Source: Sulfolobales archaeon (GTDB lineage: Archaea; Thermoproteota; Thermoprotei_A; Sulfolobales; NBVN01). From it: a DNA stretch of 23,132 nt. This document shows positions 1 through 6,105 of the stretch, in pieces (position 1 is the first letter of the stretch; every line of letters begins with the position of its first letter). Under the pieces are notes generated by a model that saw nothing but the letters and a program-made list of their open reading frames with translations, was not told the DNA's origin and made no database searches. Where the stretch lies: NCBI GenBank assembly GCA_038841535.1, contig JAWBTQ010000019.1, positions 1 to 23,132 of the forward strand, written 5' to 3'. Position numbers and translations under genes: made by a program.

Positions 1-183
1 AAGAGAATAGAGTCTGGGAGACTTGTCCCTACGATAGTGCTGGCAAGAAAGCTCGAGAATGCTCTGTCCATAAAGCTGCTTGAGCCAGTGGTTGAAGCAG
101 CACAAGCAAGGCTACCGAGTCCAGCGAAAATAAAGGAGCTAACTCTAGGCGACGTTGTCTCCTTAAAGAAGCGGGAGAAGTAG
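1..183 (+). CDS. mbf1: Archaeal multiprotein bridging factor 1, C-terminal part (5' end outside window)
   Basis: Frame 1 reads KRIESGRLVPTIVLARKLENALSIKLLEP...ELTLGDVVSLKKREK*. This matches the HTH end and the TLGD tail of aMBF1, and it abuts hflX as in the known crenarchaeal mbf1-hflX cluster. Not in the ORF track. Confidence 0.88.
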   Translation, partial: KRIESGRLVPTIVLARKLENALSIKLLEPVVEAAQARLPSPAKIKELTLGDVVSLKKREK

Positions 184-1284
184 TTGAGCGCTGCTCTTGT
201 TGTAGTGAGAGAGCAGGATGTAGCTGAAGCTTTAGAGCTAGCTAGAGTGCTCTACAATAGAGTTGATGTAGTAAAGCTCCCAAATAGGTATAGGGTTTCT
301 ACATCAACTTACCTCACACCTAAGTGGCTGAGGTTAGTTCAAGACAAGTTAAAAGAAGGCCGTTTTGATAGAGTCTATGTCTACGACGTTCTTAGTCCTA
401 GACACGTAAGCTACCTTATTAAGGAACTGAAGGTCCTAGTTGAAGATAGAGTTATGCTGATACTCAGCGTTCTAGCTGAGCACGCGGGTTCTAAGGAAGC
501 TAAGATACAGATCGAGATGGCTAGACTTAGACACCAAATACCCCTACTTAGGGATTGGATAAACAGAGCTAAACTGGGTGAATTACCCGGCTTTCTAGGT
601 CCAGGTGGGTACGCTGTCGATGCTTACTACACGCACGTGAGAAAAAGAGTGAGTAAGCTGCGCAAAGAGCTTGAGAGACTCCGAAAAATCAAAGACTACG
701 AGAGAGGAAAGAGGGAGGAGAGAGGTTTAGTCCACGTCGCAATAGTGGGATACACGAATGCTGGAAAAACTACGCTGTTTAATGCTCTAACCGGTGAAAA
801 CAAGGCTACAGGTCCGGAGCTGCTAACAACGACTTCGACGAAGGCTAAAATGGTGCCTCTCGGCGAGCTTAAGGTGGTCTTCATAGACACGATAGGCTTC
901 ATAAAGGACATTCCACCTGAAATAGTTGAGGCGTTCTACGCTACTCTAAAGGAGATCTCAACGTCGTCTGCCGTTATACTTGTTATGGACATCTCCGATA
1001 GAGAGGAAGTCTTCAGTACCAAGCTTAAAGAATCGCTAAAGATACTAATAAACATAGGGTACGTCGGTAGACCACTCGTTGTAGCTCTAAACAAGCTAGA
1101 CCTCGTTGATACCCCTAGTGTAGTTAAACTAAGGTCCCTTATTGAGCCAGAATTAAACTGCAGTTTATGGTCTTACAAAGTAGTAGAAGTCTCAGCGCTA
1201 AAGGGAATAAACCTTGGAGGACTTAAAAACACCCTACTCGATGCCTTGAAGAGCTCGGAAACCATTACAGGGGTTCAGCTCTGA
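184..1284 (+). CDS. hflX: GTPase HflX
   Basis: HAGSKEAKIQIEMARL, GPGG, G1 GYTNAGKT, G3 DTIGFI, G4 NKLD, G5 VSA; TTG start directly after the mbf1 stop. Confidence 0.95.
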   Translation: MSAALVVVREQDVAEALELARVLYNRVDVVKLPNRYRVSTSTYLTPKWLRLVQDKLKEGRFDRVYVYDVLSPRHVSYLIKELKVLVEDRVMLILSVLAEHAGSKEAKIQIEMARLRHQIPLLRDWINRAKLGELPGFLGPGGYAVDAYYTHVRKRVSKLRKELERLRKIKDYERGKREERGLVHVAIVGYTNAGKTTLFNALTGENKATGPELLTTTSTKAKMVPLGELKVVFIDTIGFIKDIPPEIVEAFYATLKEISTSSAVILVMDISDREEVFSTKLKESLKILINIGYVGRPLVVALNKLDLVDTPSVVKLRSLIEPELNCSLWSYKVVEVSALKGINLGGLKNTLLDALKSSETITGVQL

Positions 1285-1304
1285 TGTAGGTTTATATCGG
1301 TTGT
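1274..1304 (-). repeat. Element end repeat, downstream of tnpB
   Basis: Minus strand ACAACCGATATAAACCTACATCAGAGCTGAA versus 2721-2751 ACAAGCGAAATAAACCTATATGAAAACCGAA. Confidence 0.7.
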
Positions 1305-1400
1305 CTTCACCGCCTCATCTCTTTCCCCCGCATTGGTCTTGGGTATGCATCACCCTTGGGGGTGTTCAGGGCGACCCCTAGCACCCCACATCTTGTGTAT
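1274..1400 (-). ncRNA. Putative TnpB omegaRNA/reRNA scaffold overlapping the tnpB 3' end
   Basis: Established location for TnpB guide scaffolds. GC-rich stem 1359-1364/1382-1387 (GGGGTG/CACCCC) with an inner AGGG/CCCT stem lies in the tail after the last RuvC Asp. Boundaries are inferred. Confidence 0.55.
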
Positions 1401-2518
1401 CTGTAGAACAGGTTGATACATGCAACCACGTCTCTATCTCCTGTGAATCCACATCTACTGCATCTCAGTACTCTACTACTGTTGTCCTTCAATCTGCTTC
1501 CACACCTGGGGCACGTGGATGACGTCTTTCCTGGGTTAACGTATCTAGCTACAAACCCTCTTTCTAAAGTCTCATAGCTTATGGTGAACTGTATTCTCCT
1601 ATAGAACCACAGGGATAGCTTCTTGTTGAGTGAGCTACCACCGTTGACTCTATCCCTCAGATGGTTCAAGTCTTCCAGCACTACAACAGCTCCATACCTA
1701 CTGGCTATCTCTGCTGCTCTATCGCCCAGCTTGTGAGCATAATCCCAAGCTATGCTCCTTATTCTCTCACCATGTCTTCTAATCGCTCTTCTAACACCCC
1801 CGATGAACCTCCAGGACCTCGAATACCTCTTCTGAATTCTCTCAATCCATATCCTGTGGGTTAGGATTCTCCTGAGAGGTGTTTTGAACTGCTTTAGCTT
1901 CAGCAACTCCCCACTTAGTGCGAAAACAGCTAGTGTAACGTTGTCGAAGTTAACGTCTATGGTCATAACGGTTCTGGTTCTCCTTGGTTCAACTGTTTTC
2001 CTGGAGTATACCGCTACGTAGACCTCGTTCTCAACAACCTTCACAGCTATCTCGTAGTTACTCCAACCCCTGAACTTCTCTACTCTTTCGTTAGATGTTA
2101 GTAGTCTCAGCTTAACCTCTCTACCATTGTGTATCTTTAGGATAAGCGTCCTATCCTTTAGATCAAGCTTGTAGTCGTACTTATCTACTCTAGCTGTTAA
2201 CCTCCTTAGAACTGGCTTCCTACCACCGTTCTGCCTACTAGCTCTAACAACTGCTTTAGCGTACACGTAGATCTGCTTTACGTGGTGTGCTCTAAAACCA
2301 CGATTTCTTAGCTCTGAGTAGAACATTCTGTGTAGAGCTTTAATTGAAGGTACCTCATTTAAACTCCACAACCTGTCTATCGCTAGCTGGACAGCATCAC
2401 GGTAGAGCTTCAGAAACTCAATTAATGCATCACGGTCATCGCTACCCTCGGGGAGAGCCCTCATCTTAAGAGCCTCAACAAGCTCTCCACCCCTCACCGA
2501 GTAACTCACCACATCCAA
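1307..2518 (-). CDS. tnpB: RNA-guided endonuclease TnpB
   Basis: RuvC-I TIDVNFD, RuvC-II VVLEDL, YVNPGKTSSTCPRCG...CSRCG zinc ribbon, RuvC-III DRDVVACINL. All three acidic catalytic residues are present. The true start may be a GTG 2-3 codons downstream. Confidence 0.95.
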   Translation of the reverse strand: MDVVSYSVRGGELVEALKMRALPEGSDDRDALIEFLKLYRDAVQLAIDRLWSLNEVPSIKALHRMFYSELRNRGFRAHHVKQIYVYAKAVVRASRQNGGRKPVLRRLTARVDKYDYKLDLKDRTLILKIHNGREVKLRLLTSNERVEKFRGWSNYEIAVKVVENEVYVAVYSRKTVEPRRTRTVMTIDVNFDNVTLAVFALSGELLKLKQFKTPLRRILTHRIWIERIQKRYSRSWRFIGGVRRAIRRHGERIRSIAWDYAHKLGDRAAEIASRYGAVVVLEDLNHLRDRVNGGSSLNKKLSLWFYRRIQFTISYETLERGFVARYVNPGKTSSTCPRCGSRLKDNSSRVLRCSRCGFTGDRDVVACINLFYRYTRCGVLGVALNTPKGDAYPRPMRGKEMRR

Positions 2519-2532
2519 GATTCTAGAGTTTA

Positions 2533-2547
2533 GTTTATAATCTTTCT
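2533..2547. promoter_or_regulatory. Probable bidirectional TATA box between tnpB and the small ORF
   Basis: TTTATAA on + (2534-2540) reads TTATAAA on the minus strand, where it is preceded by purine-rich BRE-like GAGAAAGA. It lies in the 56-nt gap between two divergent ORFs. Confidence 0.55.
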
Positions 2548-2574
2548 CTCCATTATCTGTATAGGTGGATATAC

Positions 2575-2718
2575 ATGGCTAGAATCGAGCTGGTTAGATG
2601 CAGCGTTATAAAGTACAGAAGAGGGGATCACTTTCTCTACCCGTTGGGAAGAGACAAAGAGAAGATAAAACATCTCCACGGAAAAGAAGTATACGTACTA
2701 ATCGTAGCAGAAGAATAG
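2575..2718 (+). CDS. 47-aa basic protein inside the TnpB element, possibly AbrB/DUF2080-like DNA-binding
   Basis: MARIELVRCSVIKYRRGDHFLYPLGRDKEKIKHLHGKEVYVLIVAEE*. SD AGGTGG 6 nt before the ATG and a TATA box upstream. Below the ORF-track size cutoff. The fold is a guess from the GKEVYVLI tail. Confidence 0.7.
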   Translation: MARIELVRCSVIKYRRGDHFLYPLGRDKEKIKHLHGKEVYVLIVAEE

Positions 2719-2720
2719 CA

Positions 2721-2751
2721 ACAAGCGAAATAAACCTATATGAAAACCGAA
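2721..2751 (+). repeat. Element end repeat, downstream of the small ORF; inverted relative to 1274-1304
   Basis: 24/31 nt identity, shared core ATAAACCTA. Confidence 0.7.
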
Positions 2752-3122
2752 ACAGCTGCGTTAGGCGCACGTATTAAAACGGGACAAGCCGCCTGCTAGT
2801 AAACCTCCGAATTAAATCACGACAAGTCGAATAAGCTGGAGTAGCTACTTAAAGGATCGGGCTACCATACCAGTTTATATTGGTTACCGCATTACCTCGC
2901 TCATTCTCTTTCACTGTTCGTGCTCTACCGGGCTCGGAGTCCTTGAGGACAACCCACCTACGTCTCAAGCTTTTATGACAGCCACTCATCAAGTACAGTC
3001 TGCCGAGCTATCACCTTCAGCAAGCACTGGAGAAATTGTATTAGTTGAGAAACCCCGGTATCGCTAAGGCTTTAAGCTTTGGTATATAAAAAGATATAGA
3101 GGCGATACTGGCGGGAGCGCTA

Positions 3123-3755
3123 GTGTTTGAGATCGGTATTTCTTGCAGGCTTAGAACAGGTGATATGGAGTATCTAGCTATGAAGACACACGAGCTACTT
3201 AGAGAGCTCGGAACGTCGGAGCTTGATACTGTTTACTTCTCTGAGGTGGTCGGGTCCGTCGGTAATGCCTCCGTCGCTCTCTATCTATCGAAGTCTAACA
3301 TAGGTGTTCTAGTAGTTGCTTCTGCTTGTGATGACGAGAGTAAGTGCCTTATTGGGCCAGTTAGAGAGATAGCTAATGTATCGAGGAGGATACTTAAGAG
3401 GTTAGGGGACCTCATAGAATTACTCAAAGTGGATTACGTAGTTAAAGCTAAGTTAACACTATCAACTGCCCACCGCAACATAGTGAAGTACTTAAAGATG
3501 GGTGGTGTAGAGGTGTCAGATGGAGGTAGTTACGATGCTGGCTGGTATAACGTTAAGATGTATAAGGGTAGGTACATTGTCTCTATGAAGAAGCTGGACG
3601 TAGTCATCACTCTAGTCCAGGAGAAGACCGGTGGCTTAGTTAGTGCCCAACTAACAGTCTCTAGATCACAGCAGGGAGCGTGCGAGCCCGCTGAGGAAGA
3701 ATTCGTCGACTGCCTTAAGGCTGTTTCTCAAATAATTGCTCACTTATCTAGCTAA
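3123..3755 (+). CDS. Hypothetical protein
   Basis: 210-aa ORF with a TATATAAA box at ~3083; no motif recognised. Confidence 0.75.
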   Translation: MFEIGISCRLRTGDMEYLAMKTHELLRELGTSELDTVYFSEVVGSVGNASVALYLSKSNIGVLVVASACDDESKCLIGPVREIANVSRRILKRLGDLIELLKVDYVVKAKLTLSTAHRNIVKYLKMGGVEVSDGGSYDAGWYNVKMYKGRYIVSMKKLDVVITLVQEKTGGLVSAQLTVSRSQQGACEPAEEEFVDCLKAVSQIIAHLSS

Positions 3756-4447
3756 AGAAACCCGAGTAACTTACTAGCAACTAAAATGGCTAACGTGGAT
3801 ATCGTTATTAAGACGTTGTCGTCTAGTATGGGAGGTATCTCGTAGTGTTCTACGAGACTAGCAATCAAGGCCGCAATCAGTCCGACGTATCCAGCGTAGT
3901 AGACACCTATAGGTAAAGTAACCATGAACATACCCAGATTACCCAACCACGACTTAGTTCTCCTCTTGTAAACAGCGTTTCTTATTACTCCAGTAGCAGC
4001 GTCCCCGAAGGACATAAAGGCTAGAGGTATGACAGCGTATATGGGGTTACCGAACAAAACCCATAGTACGATTAAGGCTAAACCCCACGCGAAACAAAAG
4101 TTTACTTCATACATATTGTCTCTCACTTGAAACCAGTAGAGGAGCTTACCGGTTCTGTGCGGAACGTAGGTTACTGCCGCTAAAATTAGAGCAAAAACTG
4201 TCGGTACGAGGGGCGAAGTGAATAAGTACGGGACCATGAGGGCAATCACACCACCGGCCATCACGTGAATTATTTTGCGATTGTAGTAAACAACCACACC
4301 ATCACTTAATCCCCTCCTCTTAAGAGCTATGTAGATGTACTTAGTTAAAGCTAAAACTCCGAGAACGTAGAGAAACAGGGGTATCGCGATCAAAACCTCA
4401 ACTAATAGGTTATCTGTTATTAGGACACAGAGTAACCGAGCGTACAT
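3752..4447 (-). CDS. Dolichol/phytol kinase family membrane protein (CTP-dependent prenol kinase-like)
   Basis: RKIIHVMAGG, SFGDAATG...KSWLGN and DDN motifs in a multi-TM protein. ATG at 4447 is preferred over 4582 because a TTATATA box lies about 30 nt upstream. Confidence 0.8.
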   Translation of the reverse strand: MYARLLCVLITDNLLVEVLIAIPLFLYVLGVLALTKYIYIALKRRGLSDGVVVYYNRKIIHVMAGGVIALMVPYLFTSPLVPTVFALILAAVTYVPHRTGKLLYWFQVRDNMYEVNFCFAWGLALIVLWVLFGNPIYAVIPLAFMSFGDAATGVIRNAVYKRRTKSWLGNLGMFMVTLPIGVYYAGYVGLIAALIASLVEHYEIPPILDDNVLITISTLAILVASKLLGFL

Positions 4448-4812
4448 TCTAACTACCAGGCGATTATTTAGGCGAGATATATAAGCATATTTTAATCGCC
4501 CGGTATAAGTGCTAAAGGTTTCTATCGCTATTCCCAAATCCGCGCCTAACGATTGGTATCTAGAACTAAGGAATAGCAGCAAAACTTGCGTACCTTGCGT
4601 TAGGTTTAGACTGGGTTTGGAGGTAACCGCAGTCCACAGCGCTCGAGAAGTCTCCTAGAATCAAGCGTGCTGAGTGCTGAATCCGTGTGTTGGAAGAATG
4701 AGCTATGAAATCAACTTACTAGTGTAGGGGCTAAATTCAGCAACTTCTTTTTAGAGTTGTCTTAGGGTTCTCTAGCGTAGTACTGTTTATGGAACCTTCG
4801 TTAGCCCCCAAG

Positions 4813-5478
4813 TTAAGAGTAACTGGTTGTCTTAGGTCTCACTACTAACGCTATCTGCAGTAACTTGATGATCACGTACAGATAGCACACGCTAGCTAGG
4901 AGTACTACGGAGTACGCCAGAGCTCCCGGCACTACTTGCTCGAGTACACCGCCAACCATTATCAAGAAGATTCTCACATCTCTCGATGCTATACTAAGTG
5001 AGGGTCTTAGTGTTATCGGGTGGATTCCCAAGTCGTATTGACCTCTGAGGTGTAAGTAGCTCACTAGCAGAGCTCCACTTATTGCTAGGTTCGGCACGGC
5101 GGAGCTCAACGGCTCCAAAAAGTATTTACTTGATGATAGAGATGCCGATGCCACTATGAGCACGTCAGCAAACCTGTCTAGCATTGAGTCTAGAAATGAC
5201 CCAAACTTCGACTCCACTTTCTTCGCTCTAGCTAGCTCTCCATCAACTCCGTCTACTATAGAGGAGACTTGAGCTATCACACCACTAATTGCTGGCAGAC
5301 CGATAGCGAATCCAATAGCTGATAGAACCGATATTATAAACGAGGTTATCGATACCTGGTTAGGTGTTATAGGAATATTACTTTTTAGTATAAGCCTCGT
5401 CATTCTAGCTGATATCTTTCTATTTATGTATTTAGCTACCGGGCCATCAGTAGATTTAACAAAAATATCTACACTAAT
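4813..5478 (-). CDS. CDP-alcohol phosphotransferase, probable di-myo-inositol-phosphate phosphate synthase (DIPPS)
   Basis: TPNQVS and the DGVDGELAR...GSFLDSMLDRFAD signature, plus SRDVR. The open frame extends upstream of the track start (5403) to give KSTDGPVAKYINRKIS, typical of DIPPS. Start at 5478 (ATT) is inferred. Confidence 0.82.
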   Translation of the reverse strand: MSVDIFVKSTDGPVAKYINRKISARMTRLILKSNIPITPNQVSITSFIISVLSAIGFAIGLPAISGVIAQVSSIVDGVDGELARAKKVESKFGSFLDSMLDRFADVLIVASASLSSSKYFLEPLSSAVPNLAISGALLVSYLHLRGQYDLGIHPITLRPSLSIASRDVRIFLIMVGGVLEQVVPGALAYSVVLLASVCYLYVIIKLLQIALVVRPKTTSYS

Positions 5479-5705
5479 GGCATACCCCCTATATCAACAC
5501 CGAGTAGAACCGTTAAATAGCTTAAGTACTCGTAGTTGCTTAGCCTTCAGCTAATCTGGAATCTTTTAATATATCTTCAAAGTGGGTTTCTCTATTATGC
5601 CTTTATCGTTAAATTGATTTAAAGCTTTATAAAGCATTTTAAGCTAACTCTCTATTATCTGTCTTGAGTACTTATATACTCAACTTTAAAGAATAGGTGG
5701 TTAAA

Positions 5706-6095
5706 ATGAGTGGAAGTAGAGAGTTACTTACTGATGTTGAGAAAGTAAATAAGCTTCTCGTATGCATTTCTTCACTAATTTACCATGGTCTTGGAAGCAG
5801 CTACCCCGGCCTAAACGCCTTGTTCTTCTTAAGGCTCCGGATGCACGGAGTTGACCACCAGGTTGGGCTAATCAATGATACAGAGACCTACTTAAAAACT
5901 CTAACTATGCTTGTAGGAGGTGAAAAAATGGCTGAACAGCTCCTTCGGTCCATACTGCCCAAAAAGAAAGCTTTCGAAGAAGTACTCAAAGTGCTTTTGT
6001 CATCACAGAGCAGAGTGGAGCTAGAGATGTCTCTCTTAGGAATCATAAGAAAGTACGAAAGAGATATTAAGTCTATATGCAGGGAACTACGCTAG
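5706..6095 (+). CDS. Hypothetical helical protein
   Basis: ORF 5697-6095; SD AGGTGG 5 nt before ATG 5706; no recognised motif. Confidence 0.7.
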   Translation: MSGSRELLTDVEKVNKLLVCISSLIYHGLGSSYPGLNALFFLRLRMHGVDHQVGLINDTETYLKTLTMLVGGEKMAEQLLRSILPKKKAFEEVLKVLLSSQSRVELEMSLLGIIRKYERDIKSICRELR

Positions 6096-6105
6096 ACTAC
6101 TAGCT

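Larger units (their letters stand above)
1274..2751 (-). mobile_element. Non-autonomous TnpB element (IS200/IS605- or IS607-related) with imperfect inverted ends and no TnpA
   Basis: Contains tnpB and a divergent small ORF. The reverse complement of 1274-1304 matches 2721-2751 at 24/31 nt. Exact boundaries are uncertain by a few nt. Confidence 0.75.

Noticed and set aside
805-845. HflX G2 region reads LLTTTST instead of LFATL
   Set aside because: Thr is retained and the other G motifs are intact; likely ordinary divergence.
1307-2518. TnpB as a Cas12f CRISPR effector
   Set aside because: No repeat-spacer array or cas genes are seen in the window.
2546-2560. 14/15 match to 5648-5662 (CTCTCYATTATCTGT)
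   Set aside because: Matches of this length are expected by chance in 23 kb.
2940-2995. Minus-strand TGATGA as a possible C/D box sRNA
   Set aside because: No properly spaced CTGA D/D' boxes.
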